Numbered from the stretch's first letter, positions 16,785 to 25,458 are shown. The stretch: 38,423 nucleotides of DNA from a virus (IMGVR_UViG_3300031945_000013:1-38423); one strand, 5' to 3'. Numbers and translations are program-made. The notes: generated from the sequence alone by a model not told the origin.

Positions 16785-18002
16785 TTAACAAAGTTCGAAT
16801 CCGTCATCGACGGGTTTGATTTCCAGAGCCGGACGCTTGTCGCTGTCCAGCGCCACATGAGGCTTGCCTTCAGCCTGTATCACAAACTGTTCCACCTGCT
16901 TGAAGCGTCGCGGCGAGCGTTTCAGCAGTTCAAGAATCGGCTTTGGACCTAACAGTTCCTTCTTGTAGATCTGGTCAACCGGAAGTTTGAATTTCTTCAG
17001 CAGGGCTTCCGCCTCCTTATCATTGCTCCAGGCGCGGTTACCGCGCTTGCCGGCTACCACCTTCAGGCCGGGAATCACGACCCCGTTGAACAGTTCGTGT
17101 TCCACCCGGGCGCGAACGGCATTAATCCAGTCTTCGATTGTTTCCAGCTGGGCGAAGAAGTGCCCCAACTGATCAACCGGAATAATGTTGGCACTGATCG
17201 TTGCATCCTCATTGTTCAGTTGGTCGAAAGACGCGCCGATTGCGTCCTCCACGTGCTTACGGCGTGCCGGGCAGACCGCGCTCGCCTTGCACCATTGGCA
17301 ACCTTTCTCGGTGACACCGTAGTCAGCATCAAGTAACGTCAACTTATCGTTGTGGATAGCTAACGCTTTTACAGCAGCCGGACTCGCGACAGTTTCAACC
17401 CATTCGTGAATCACGGCTGGCGTAACCGTCCATTCGCTATCCCCACGCAACGGCTGCTCGATCACGAGCGTGATTTCAGAGAAGTCCTCCACGAGACCGA
17501 ACTTCTCCAGAACCCCTGATGCGTACATCAGCAGTTGGGGGTTCATTTCGGCAAGCACTTCGCTATAGCCGAACTTGGCGTCTATGACATCAGCTGTCGA
17601 ATGGCCATCAGGCCAACCAACAATGAGCACAACGTCACCTGTACCAGTAGCGTCAGTTTCTCCCGTGATATGTTCGATGGGGAGGGATTGTTCAAGCTCG
17701 ACAATAACGCTGCATCCGAGATTGCGGTAGTTATCAATACGAGCGCGAACGTTGTCAACGACAGTCTGGACATCTTTTGCGAACTCCTCATCAATAGAGT
17801 TGCCGAAAGGACCCACCTGGCCGATATACTTCGCCGCCTGCGTAGCGTTCTCCAGACACGTAGTCAGCAGATCATGTTTATCAGACCCAAGATCCGCTGC
17901 CGTCTTGTCACCTTCCGGCTGTCCGATCTGTGCGGCCAGAGAGTTGGCGCATGCGAGCCATGTAGACGAGTGGCTTGGGCTTGCGATAGCGTGCTTAGCC
18001 AA
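16785..18002 (-). CDS. DUF2800 / Cas4-like PD-(D/E)XK exonuclease
   Basis: HAIASPS..TWLAC, GTGD, VIDAKFG, NPQL.MYA and CQWCKA...C motifs; TTG start with GGAG RBS. Confidence 0.85.
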   Translation of the reverse strand: MAKHAIASPSHSSTWLACANSLAAQIGQPEGDKTAADLGSDKHDLLTTCLENATQAAKYIGQVGPFGNSIDEEFAKDVQTVVDNVRARIDNYRNLGCSVIVELEQSLPIEHITGETDATGTGDVVLIVGWPDGHSTADVIDAKFGYSEVLAEMNPQLLMYASGVLEKFGLVEDFSEITLVIEQPLRGDSEWTVTPAVIHEWVETVASPAAVKALAIHNDKLTLLDADYGVTEKGCQWCKASAVCPARRKHVEDAIGASFDQLNNEDATISANIIPVDQLGHFFAQLETIEDWINAVRARVEHELFNGVVIPGLKVVAGKRGNRAWSNDKEAEALLKKFKLPVDQIYKKELLGPKPILELLKRSPRRFKQVEQFVIQAEGKPHVALDSDKRPALEIKPVDDGFELC

Positions 18003-18423
18003 GAGCGTTCTCCACGGAGGTAACGTAAGCGGTCCACTGGTCGGCTTGCAATTGGTCGGCACGCTTCACGCCGAACCGGGCAAGAATCTCGATCACGGCT
18101 TCGCGGTTCTTCTGCGCCAGTTTCAGCGTCAGGGGCTTGACGTGGTCTGCGTATGTGATTTCCTCAACGGCTGTGCTTTCTTGCGCAGAATCGTCCGACG
18201 ATTGCGTCTCCGCAGACGTAGCAGGTGTATCCGACTTTTTTGCTTCGTCGATCTCCCGCTGAACGTTTTCCGCTTCACGATCCGGCGAGCCTGACGATAG
18301 CGGTGTGCTTGCCTCTCCGTAGTTCATGCCAGCTTGGACCGAACCGAGCATTGTCTTTTCCAGTGTCTGGATAAGACGCTCGATCATCTTCGTGTTCTCT
18401 TCAATACGTTGTTCAAGACTCAT
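17995..18423 (-). CDS. Hypothetical protein upstream of DUF2800
   Basis: MSLEQ.IEENT N-terminus, low-complexity linker, LARFGVKRA..L C-terminal module. Confidence 0.7.
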   Translation of the reverse strand: MSLEQRIEENTKMIERLIQTLEKTMLGSVQAGMNYGEASTPLSSGSPDREAENVQREIDEAKKSDTPATSAETQSSDDSAQESTAVEEITYADHVKPLTLKLAQKNREAVIEILARFGVKRADQLQADQWTAYVTSVENALG

Positions 18424-18428
18424 TTTCG

Positions 18429-18679
18429 TTACTCCGTGGCGTCAATCATGCGTGAGAAAAGTTCATGTGCACTGGCTTGCAGGATAAGAACCGTCGGTTC
18501 CAACTTCGCATGCCATCATTCCAAGAACGGCCAAATGCGGCAAGTACTGGATCGACACATGCCGGGTTGTCGCTGAACCGTTCGCCTGCGAACATTGAAA
18601 CGACTTCGAGGAGGCAGTGCCCTTCCTCAGCGCTTGAATGACTGCCGTGGGCGAGAACTACGGAATCCAGATTGAGCAT
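18429..18679 (-). pseudogene. Probable internally deleted / frameshifted phage gene
   Basis: N-terminal GSH..EGHCLLEVVS.FAGERFSD.PACV.PV...R.WND reads in one frame; a plausible C-terminus KLEPTVLILQASAHELFSRMIDATE* reads in another frame and ends at the next gene's RBS. Confidence 0.5.
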
Positions 18680-18711
18680 TCTTATCTCCTTTGTTGGGTA
18701 ACGCGGATTGG

Positions 18712-18783
18712 AATTTACAGCGCGTGCTAGACCCTTGTCAAGCGAAATTTTCCAGTTGACATGCACATAGCATCTGCTATAGT
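18712..18783. promoter_or_regulatory. Divergent promoter region: rightward TTGACA(18756)-16-TATAGT(18783), leftward TTGACA at 18741-18736; operator copies at 18716-18731 and 18766-18781
   Basis: Consensus hexamers at the strand-switch point with two copies of the palindrome. Confidence 0.8.
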
Positions 18784-18804
18784 TCACACATTTCCGGGAG
18801 TAAT

Positions 18805-19065
18805 ATGAATCTCACAAAATATAAACAATGGATGAAGGCGGCGACCGTGGAGCAGAAATCGACAGCCGCCGAAAAGGCCGATACCTCGCTTGCGCATCTC
18901 TACCAGCTCTCAACGGGTTTCCGCAAGGCAAGCCCTGATCTGGCGGCACGGGTAGAGAAGGGCATCGAAGTGGCGAATCGCGGTACGGAATTGCCTGTTA
19001 TCCGTCGGGGTGATCTGGCGGAGACGTGTGCGAAATGCCCTTTCTATAAGGATTGCGAAAAGTGA
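18805..19065 (+). CDS. Cro/YdaS-like HTH regulator
   Basis: AAEKADTSLAHLYQLSTGFRKASPDLAARVE; first gene after the divergent promoter; C-terminal CxxC. Confidence 0.7.
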   Translation: MNLTKYKQWMKAATVEQKSTAAEKADTSLAHLYQLSTGFRKASPDLAARVEKGIEVANRGTELPVIRRGDLAETCAKCPFYKDCEK

Positions 19066-19271
19066 GTACGCGTGAATCAGTGAAGCACCAGTTCAAGGAC
19101 GTAACACCGGATGGAATTTACCTCATCCGCCGATTGCTGAACGCGGCCATTGATGCAGATCACAAGGGGGATCACATGCTCGCGGATCTGCTTACCGAAG
19201 CTGTAAAGGAGATTGAGAAATGGAGACGACCGGAGACCGGATCAGATCAGCCCGAACAAACGCAGGACTGA
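19062..19271 (+). CDS. Hypothetical protein
   Basis: GTGA overlap with the upstream gene. Confidence 0.5.
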   Translation: MSTRESVKHQFKDVTPDGIYLIRRLLNAAIDADHKGDHMLADLLTEAVKEIEKWRRPETGSDQPEQTQD

Positions 19272-19465
19272 AGCAGTGGGAATTAGGTCAGAAAGCAGGC
19301 GTGTGTCAGGCAACAATCATGCGCATGGAAGCTAACCATACGGCATCGTTTTTCACAGTAGCACAGGTAGCAAAAGTATTGAAAGTATCCTTAGACTGGA
19401 TCGCATACGGAGATAAAAATGAGAAAGACAATCATCAGCATCGGGTTTTTGTGCTTAACGGCTAA
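19220..19465 (+). CDS. XRE-family HTH transcriptional regulator
   Basis: GDRIRSAR..AGLKQ.ELGQKAGV.QATI.RME...VAKVLKVSLDWI; AAGGAG RBS. Confidence 0.85.
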   Translation: METTGDRIRSARTNAGLKQWELGQKAGVCQATIMRMEANHTASFFTVAQVAKVLKVSLDWIAYGDKNEKDNHQHRVFVLNG

Positions 19466-20072
19466 CGCACACGCCTGGCAGTTCGAAGCCGGTGCCGGCG
19501 CAACACATTACGAAACTGAAAACGGGAGATGGTATCAAAATGGTCAACAGCAAAATTCTGTTACGAACAATAGCCCTGCGTTCTCTGCTGGCGTTACTGG
19601 TAGTTGGATGGATCGCGGGAACTGGGGTATCGATGGTCATGCTGACTTCGTATATCTGGGGCGTGCTGCCGCATCCTGCCATTGTCTTACCCGCGACGAA
19701 GATTACGCTGCCCACAGGGATGGCCCCCGCGCCGGCTTCAGCGGTTCCGGCAACGCCTACGGCGCATCCCTGACTGTGGAGCCCTACCGGTACGCGTACG
19801 GCCTGCGCTGGTCAATGGAAGCCGGCGCTTTCGTGTACCACTCAAGCTGGTCCGAGTCGGTAACCGGGTGGGCGGTCAACGATGCGCCTAAGCAGGATCT
19901 GCACCTCTCGTCTTCCAGCTGGAATGTGGCGCCCGTGGTTGGCGTGAGCGTAGGTACTGTCCCCTGGTCCATAAACTACCGCCACTACTTCACGGGTCTG
20001 AACAGCAAACGGCAGAACGTTCCGCCTGTGTGGAATGACGCTGATGTACTGGAAATCAAAAGGAGGTTTTGA
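19419..20072 (+). CDS. Secreted outer-membrane beta-barrel-like protein
   Basis: Sec signal ending AHA, aromatic-rich amphipathic strands, C-terminal Phe. Confidence 0.65.
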   Translation: MRKTIISIGFLCLTANAHAWQFEAGAGATHYETENGRWYQNGQQQNSVTNNSPAFSAGVTGSWMDRGNWGIDGHADFVYLGRAAASCHCLTRDEDYAAHRDGPRAGFSGSGNAYGASLTVEPYRYAYGLRWSMEAGAFVYHSSWSESVTGWAVNDAPKQDLHLSSSSWNVAPVVGVSVGTVPWSINYRHYFTGLNSKRQNVPPVWNDADVLEIKRRF

Positions 20073-20073
20073 G

Positions 20074-20325
20074 ATGAACGAACCTGAACTGCGGGCATTC
20101 GCAAAATGCGTGGAACGAAACGAATCGCCACATCAAAGCTCGGGCCTCATTCGCCAGGCGGACGCAATTGCTGATTGCCTCTGGATTGATCGCAGGCATT
20201 ACACCTACGTCGATACAAAAAAGGTCCGCTCAACGAACCCTGGATTTTGCTTCATCGCAGCTGGATGGCGACGCTGCGGATGGACAAAAAGCGGACTGTT
20301 GATACTCGAAAGGACTGTGCAATGA
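20074..20325 (+). CDS. Truncated Mom-like (GNAT-fold) protein fragment
   Basis: RNESPH.SS.LIRQAD..., TYVD..KVRSTNPG.CF.AAGWRRCG.TKSGL.ILE resembles the C-terminal half of Mom-like proteins (from recall). Confidence 0.45.
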   Translation: MNEPELRAFAKCVERNESPHQSSGLIRQADAIADCLWIDRRHYTYVDTKKVRSTNPGFCFIAAGWRRCGWTKSGLLILERTVQ

Positions 20326-20462
20326 CAGAAGACGAAATCAAACGCGCTCACTTGGAAACGACCGGCTTTGACTTGCACGAAAGCGAGTCAGCGCTTCTGG
20401 ACTTCGCCCGCGCCATCGAGCAAGCCTGGTCCGCGCATAAGGCCTTCACGAGGGATATGTAA
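20322..20462 (+). CDS. Hypothetical protein (46 aa; MTEDEI...FARAIE)
   Basis: ATGA overlap, AAGGA RBS. Confidence 0.55.
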   Translation: MTEDEIKRAHLETTGFDLHESESALLDFARAIEQAWSAHKAFTRDM

Positions 20463-20463
20463 A

Positions 20464-21918
20464 ATGAACGCGAAAGAGATAGTAAAACTCGCCCTTGGCT
20501 GCGAGTGGGAAGATACGGAAAGCGCAGCTCGGCGAGTAGCGGAAAAGGCGGAAGAGCTTATGGCTGCGCACGATACTGCACCCTTGGCGGCAGAGCGGGA
20601 GGCGCTGACCGACGAACATGCCGCGCGAATCTATCGCGGGGCCGCAGAGTGGACGAACGAATGGGTTGAGCGTGAGCCGGTCGAGCCAACGAAGCAGCAC
20701 AGCGATGCGATGTTTGTGCACCAAGTTATTGCGCGCGTCGAATTCGCCCGCGCCGCACTCCATCCTGCCGCGTCAGAGCCGAAACACGACAGGGTCGCGG
20801 GCTACTTTGCTTTTCCGACTGTGATTGACCGCAGCCACCCGAACCAAGCCTATGTGACTTACGGATTTTGTGACGAAGAAACCTGCACGCGGTTCATCGC
20901 TGCCACGCGGAGGGGAAACTACCCTGCCGCGCCAGAGAAGACAGACGGAGAGGCGGCAAGCGAGCCGAACATGCGCCATCCGAAGATTCAGTCGATCCTC
21001 AGTTCAAGGGCTCGGTATCAGATCGAACTATCGCTGATTGAATCGCTGATTGATGATCCGGAGTATGAGTACACGCCTACGGATCACGATTACACGACGC
21101 GTTTGACTGAAAAGGTCGAGAAGTTCGTTCGAGCTAATCGAGCCAGCGAGCCGAAAGCACCATGCACCGAATGCGGCGGTAGTTCAACCATTCGGTGTCG
21201 GTCGAAGCATTGCCCGCAAGGCGAGCCGAAAGCTCCTACCGCTGAGAAGATGGTCAACCGCGCACGTGAGCACGGTATGGACCTTGGCAATAACCCTGTC
21301 GCATATGAGTTCTACAACAAGGAAACAGGTCATGCGATTGTCGACTACACGCGCTGGACGCATGCGGGGCATTTGACCGATACCGCTGGATACGAGGCAC
21401 GACCGCTTGTGTACGCCAGCGAGCCGAAAGAGCTGACCGATGAGCAGATTTCGGAAATAGCATCCAATCATTATGCACGCTACGCGGAATGGCACGTCGA
21501 TCTTTATTCATTCGCTCGCGCCATTCCCCGCGCTGCTTCTCCGCAAGTTAGCGAGCCGAGAGCGGAACACAGGCCGACCGCCGAGGATGCCTTCGCAGAG
21601 TTCAAGAATTTCCACCGCGCATTGTGCGAGCGATTCGATTACGTGCATGACGAACGGGACTGGAAACGCGACCAGATTTCTCTGATTGAGTGGATCGCGA
21701 AGAAGATCGAAGCCAGCGAGCCGAAAGCGCTGACGGCTGAGCAGCGCGAGGCAATCAAGAAATCCGTGCTGTTACTCGAAATCTTCGCAGGCCATGACAG
21801 CGGCGCTAATCTGCTGCTTCACTTCGGGAAGGACTGGCATAACCAAGCAAAGGGATTCGCTGACACGTTCCGCGCCCTTCTCCGCGCTGCTTCTGGCGGA
21901 TCGGATGGTCAATCATGA
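20464..21918 (+). CDS. Mosaic multi-module protein with seven (A)SEPK-type linkers
   Basis: ATG 20464; unrelated modules separated by the repeated DNA motif GCCAGCGAGCCGAAAG. Confidence 0.7.
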   Translation: MNAKEIVKLALGCEWEDTESAARRVAEKAEELMAAHDTAPLAAEREALTDEHAARIYRGAAEWTNEWVEREPVEPTKQHSDAMFVHQVIARVEFARAALHPAASEPKHDRVAGYFAFPTVIDRSHPNQAYVTYGFCDEETCTRFIAATRRGNYPAAPEKTDGEAASEPNMRHPKIQSILSSRARYQIELSLIESLIDDPEYEYTPTDHDYTTRLTEKVEKFVRANRASEPKAPCTECGGSSTIRCRSKHCPQGEPKAPTAEKMVNRAREHGMDLGNNPVAYEFYNKETGHAIVDYTRWTHAGHLTDTAGYEARPLVYASEPKELTDEQISEIASNHYARYAEWHVDLYSFARAIPRAASPQVSEPRAEHRPTAEDAFAEFKNFHRALCERFDYVHDERDWKRDQISLIEWIAKKIEASEPKALTAEQREAIKKSVLLLEIFAGHDSGANLLLHFGKDWHNQAKGFADTFRALLRAASGGSDGQS

Positions 21919-22154
21919 CCTTCGAAGAATGGCGCAAAGATCGCCTGACAATGTACGGCTATCCGCAGTACAGCGCTGAGGATGCTTGGGATGCATCCCG
22001 CCGCGCTGCGCTGGAGGAAGCAATTGAGGTCATCACGTCGTATCAGGTTCCAGTCGGCAACAGCGCCGCTGGCGAGATGGCCTGCGAATGGACTATGGAC
22101 GCACTGGCGCAAGTGCGAAGTGCTATCCGCGATCTCGCAAAGGAACCAACATGA
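21915..22154 (+). CDS. Hypothetical protein (79 aa)
   Basis: ATGA overlap; AWDASRRAALEEA motif. Confidence 0.65.
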   Translation: MTFEEWRKDRLTMYGYPQYSAEDAWDASRRAALEEAIEVITSYQVPVGNSAAGEMACEWTMDALAQVRSAIRDLAKEPT

Positions 22155-22237
22155 ACGACGCTCTATTTCTCGCTTTCATAATTGCTGTCCTGTGGATCGA
22201 GATTCAGGACCGGATTTCACGTCTTTACGAAACCTGA
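22151..22237 (+). CDS. Small hydrophobic peptide (28 aa)
   Basis: AAGGA RBS, ATGA overlap; MNDALFLAFIIAVLWIEIQDRISRLYET. Confidence 0.4.
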   Translation: MNDALFLAFIIAVLWIEIQDRISRLYET

Positions 22238-22272
22238 TACACTCCAGCCGTCTCCTTTGTGGTTGGTCTTTG

Positions 22273-22300
22273 GCCCGCATCCCCGTGCGGGCTTTTTCTT
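22273..22300 (+). terminator. Intrinsic terminator
   Basis: GCCCGCA-TCCCCG-TGCGGGC followed by TTTTTCTT. Confidence 0.8.
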
Positions 22301-22360
22301 GCCTGTGGTTTCCTGATGCGGTATCCTGTGTGTCCCATGATGTACCACATTGGAGATACC

Positions 22361-22552
22361 GTGCTGATCACTGTCAACGACATCCTGTCCCTCATTCCCA
22401 TTTCACGGTCGACGCTCTACAGGTGGATGGAAGGAACCGACTTCCCCAAGCCCGTACGGCTTAACGGGCGCGTGCTGTGGAAGTCCGAAGAAGTTCACGC
22501 TTACATTAATAGCAAGCAAGACGTCCAGAAGAGCGGGGGATCAGGCGCATGA
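22361..22552 (+). CDS. AlpA/excisionase-like winged-helix protein
   Basis: ISRSTLYRW....FPKPVRL.GRVLWKSEEV; GTG start with GGAGA RBS. Confidence 0.85.
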   Translation: MLITVNDILSLIPISRSTLYRWMEGTDFPKPVRLNGRVLWKSEEVHAYINSKQDVQKSGGSGA

Positions 22553-24549
22553 GCGAAAAACCAGAAGTCAGGCATTCGTTCGATGCCTCCGAGATACCTG
22601 AAGAACTGAAAGCGCTTCCAAGGTGGCTGTTGTGGAAGCACGTCTGGATTGCAAAGGAGAAGCGCTGGAACAAGGTTCCGTTCCAGATCAATGGTCGCTA
22701 CGCCGATTCTACGGATCCTTCCACGTGGGGGACTTTTGAAGACGTATGTCGTGCTTACAACGATCTAACCGGGTTCGACGGTACGGGATTCGTTTTCAAC
22801 GGCGACGGAATAACCGGTATAGATGTTGACAAGGCTATCGATGAAAAAGGGAACCTTTCCGAAAAAGCCAGAAGAATTCTCGAATCGGTCGAAGGATATG
22901 CGGAACGCTCGCCGTCAGGCACGGGCTTCCATATCATCACCCGCGCGAACACCCGTAACATAAAGAAAGACGGAGTCGAGATATACGGTGAAGACCGTTT
23001 CTTCACATTCACTGGCGCACAGCTGAACGGGCATAACCTTATCCCGTCTGCGGAACAGAATCTTGATGCATTCCACGCCATTGCATGGCCGGATAAACCT
23101 ATCTCCGCCCCATCGGAAAAGCACGCGCTCGACGAAGCAACGGTACGCCCGCCCTTGCCACGCACTATCGAGCAGATGCGGCAGACCCTTCAGTTCATCG
23201 AAACGCCCGATGACGAGCCTTCGGCGACTGAACTGATATGGGCGATCCATCACCAGACTAACGGGTCTGAAGAAGGGCTGGCGCTTGCTCACGACGCCTG
23301 CTCAGGTGAAGTGAGAAGTGAGCCTGTCCATTCCAAATACGACTTTGACTATGTCGAAGAACGCTGGAAGCGTTCGGACGACCAGAAAGGAAACCTGAAG
23401 ACATGGCGCAGTATCGAAAGGGAAGCGAAAGCTAATGGGTGGTCGGGTCTTTCCGAAGCGGAAGAAGTTATCGCCCAGCAAAAGCCCCTTGAAACCGGGT
23501 TCGTGCAGGCAGCCGCCTTCGCGTCGTCCATCAAGGAAGAATGGCTGATCAAGAAAATAATTCCAAAAAACGAAATGACGGTTCTGTACGGCGATCCGGG
23601 TTCGTCCAAATCCTTCTTCGTACTCGATCTCGCCATGCACATCGCGCGAGGTCTCGACTGGCGTAACTTTCGTACGAAGCGGGCGACAGTAGCCTATATC
23701 GCCGCTGAAGGGGTTTCTGGCTTCTCCAAGCGCCTGCAAGCCTACGCCAAAGGCCACGGAATTGATTTGGCTTCCATCCCGTTCTACGTGCGTGGCGGTT
23801 CGTTCAAGCTTGTCGAGCAATGCCTTGCCACTGTGGAGGAGATGAAGAAGATCGGCGCCTCTCTCGTCGTCATTGATACGCTAGCCGCTGTTACACCCGG
23901 CGCCAATGAGAATACGTCTGAAGATATGGGACAGGCGCTTTTCTGCGCGAGCCTCATGCAAGCGGCCGGCATCACCGTGATTCTTGTGCACCACACAAAC
24001 AAGACGGGCGATGTACGGGGCTGGTCGGGCGTACGGGGCAATACTACCAGCATGATACGTATCGAGCGCAAGGAGGATGCCCGTACCGCGCATATCGAAA
24101 AGCAGAAGGATGAGCAGGATGGCGGAGCCTTCGGATACAGGCTCCGGGTTATCGATCTGGGGTCCGACGAGGACGGGGACCCCGTCACAAGCTGTATTGT
24201 CGTGCCGGATTCGGAAATCGCGCCCAATACGCGAACAGCAAAGAAGGAACGCAAACCGCGATCGGGGGATTTTGAGACTTCCGCCAACTACCACACTGCC
24301 CGTATGTATCGACACGTTTTACGCAATGAATTTGGCATGGATGATGAGGCGTCCATTAGCATAGAGGACTTCGTTTCCTTACTAAATGCTGACGAAACAC
24401 TGAACCCGATGAAGCGCGAGGATTTCCCGAGACCCGACAACGTGCAGAAGACTCTCCTGACCCTACAGAAGTATAAGCAGATAGCCATAGAGTCAGGCAG
24501 GATAAGGCTTTGCGAGAATTCCCTGAGCCTACCTGAGCCTACACCCTGA
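22549..24549 (+). CDS. Primase-helicase (primase-polymerase N-terminus, PriCT-like domain, RepA/AAA_25 ATPase)
   Basis: IPEELKALPRW, DPSTW.TF, GIDVD, ERSPSGTGFH; Walker A GDPGSSKS, YIAAEG, VVIDTL, VHHTNK. Confidence 0.88.
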   Translation: MSEKPEVRHSFDASEIPEELKALPRWLLWKHVWIAKEKRWNKVPFQINGRYADSTDPSTWGTFEDVCRAYNDLTGFDGTGFVFNGDGITGIDVDKAIDEKGNLSEKARRILESVEGYAERSPSGTGFHIITRANTRNIKKDGVEIYGEDRFFTFTGAQLNGHNLIPSAEQNLDAFHAIAWPDKPISAPSEKHALDEATVRPPLPRTIEQMRQTLQFIETPDDEPSATELIWAIHHQTNGSEEGLALAHDACSGEVRSEPVHSKYDFDYVEERWKRSDDQKGNLKTWRSIEREAKANGWSGLSEAEEVIAQQKPLETGFVQAAAFASSIKEEWLIKKIIPKNEMTVLYGDPGSSKSFFVLDLAMHIARGLDWRNFRTKRATVAYIAAEGVSGFSKRLQAYAKGHGIDLASIPFYVRGGSFKLVEQCLATVEEMKKIGASLVVIDTLAAVTPGANENTSEDMGQALFCASLMQAAGITVILVHHTNKTGDVRGWSGVRGNTTSMIRIERKEDARTAHIEKQKDEQDGGAFGYRLRVIDLGSDEDGDPVTSCIVVPDSEIAPNTRTAKKERKPRSGDFETSANYHTARMYRHVLRNEFGMDDEASISIEDFVSLLNADETLNPMKREDFPRPDNVQKTLLTLQKYKQIAIESGRIRLCENSLSLPEPTP

Positions 24550-24622
24550 GCCTACTGACCCTACGTCCTGAGCCTACTGACCCTAACCCCCTGCCTTTAG
24601 GCAGGGTAGGGTAGGGTCAGGG
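24522..24622. repeat. Iteron-like repeats with hairpin; putative replication origin
   Basis: CCTGAGCCTAC x4, CTGACCCTA x2 plus an inverted copy, hairpin CCCTGCCT-TT-AGGCAGGG; at the end of the primase gene. Confidence 0.65.
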
Positions 24623-24668
24623 AAATATGGAACGTCAGGAACAATAAACTGAAAGGATTTTGTAAATT

Positions 24669-24845
24669 ATGAAACACGATTCGCAGTTCTGTAGTGCGTG
24701 TGGAAGAGAGTTCACACGCGGCCTCGTGGAGATGGTGAGGCAGGTGTCTGCGGTTTGCGATCAGTGCCAGAGGCACGAGGAACGCATCAGGGAGGCGCAG
24801 GACGGGCTGGAGGGGGATGATGGATGGCGGGATATGCCCAGATAG
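24669..24845 (+). CDS. Small zinc-finger-like protein (58 aa)
   Basis: Hand translation with CSAC...CDQC; AAGGA upstream. Confidence 0.5.
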   Translation: MKHDSQFCSACGREFTRGLVEMVRQVSAVCDQCQRHEERIREAQDGLEGDDGWRDMPR

Positions 24846-24850
24846 ACGAA

Positions 24851-24866
24851 GGCCCCTTGCGGGGCC
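24851..24866. terminator. Hairpin GGCCCC-TTGC-GGGGCC between convergent genes
   Basis: Perfect 6-bp stem at the convergence point. Confidence 0.55.
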
Positions 24867-24872
24867 CGGGGT

Positions 24873-25076
24873 TCAGCCTAGCAGTTCAGCCAGAAGGTCA
24901 TCATCGCTCAGGTCTGTGATTTCAGGTGACAGATCTTCAAACCCGATGAAAGCCTTTTCGTGGGCTATTTCCTTTTCGATCTGTACGATCCAGACCTTTC
25001 GAAGTTCGATTTCCTTTGTCTTCTTCGCGACCGCGAGACGGGTTTGCAGGGCGATCAGGTGGGAAGCGTCTTTCAT
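24873..25076 (-). CDS. Hypothetical protein (67 aa) with acidic tail LSDDDLLAEL
   Basis: Has its own promoter and a downstream hairpin. Confidence 0.7.
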   Translation of the reverse strand: MKDASHLIALQTRLAVAKKTKEIELRKVWIVQIEKEIAHEKAFIGFEDLSPEITDLSDDDLLAELLG

Positions 25077-25111
25077 TTCGTTTCTCTTTCGTGTTGTTAG
25101 CCAGTGAGTGA

Positions 25112-25140
25112 ACTATAGCAATTGCTAGAATCCATGTCAA
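25112..25140 (-). promoter_or_regulatory. Sigma70-type promoter TTGACA-17-TATAGT containing operator TATAGCAATTGCTAGA (25114-25129)
   Basis: Consensus hexamers with extended -10. Confidence 0.8.
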
Positions 25141-25165
25141 GCTATTTCAGGAAGAAATTTCCAGT

Positions 25166-25336
25166 TCAGTGCACACAGTGGAAGGAGACGGGCATATGCA
25201 TCAGCACCTCGCGTTCCGGTCCCTCGTCCATATCGAAGACGCAGTCTGACCAGACGTCGATCGGCTTGGCGCCTTCCTGCATCTCGACGGTGGCAAGCAG
25301 CTCGTGTTCGCTATCCAGCACGATGTAGGTCAGCAC
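25166..25336 (-). CDS. Hypothetical protein (56 aa)
   Basis: Hand-translated; GTG start with GAGGAG RBS. Confidence 0.45.
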   Translation of the reverse strand: MLTYIVLDSEHELLATVEMQEGAKPIDVWSDCVFDMDEGPEREVLMHMPVSFHCVH

Positions 25337-25458
25337 CAGACGATCTCCTCGTAATGCGTCGTGCGAAAGTACAGGTGGATCAGGTGACCGTCAGCGCAGC
25401 GCCAGTCACAGGATTCAAGGACAGCGTACTGGAAGTTGTGGTACGTGTGCAGAGCCAT
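25330..25458 (-). CDS. Hypothetical protein (42 aa)
   Basis: Hand-translated; GGAGA RBS. Confidence 0.4.
   Translation of the reverse strand: MALHTYHNFQYAVLESCDWRCADGHLIHLYFRTTHYEEIVWC

Noticed and set aside
16785-18002. Cas4 as evidence of a CRISPR system
   Set aside because: No array or other cas genes; DUF2800-SSB-PolA is a standard phage replication block.
19419-20072. PagL lipid A deacylase (which would pair with an LpxO-like oxygenase)
   Set aside because: The C-terminal region reads YRHYFTG and lacks the catalytic H-x-S-N motif.
20770-21728. Spaced repeats as a CRISPR array or DGR
   Set aside because: The repeats are short, irregularly spaced and in frame within a CDS, and no reverse transcriptase is present.
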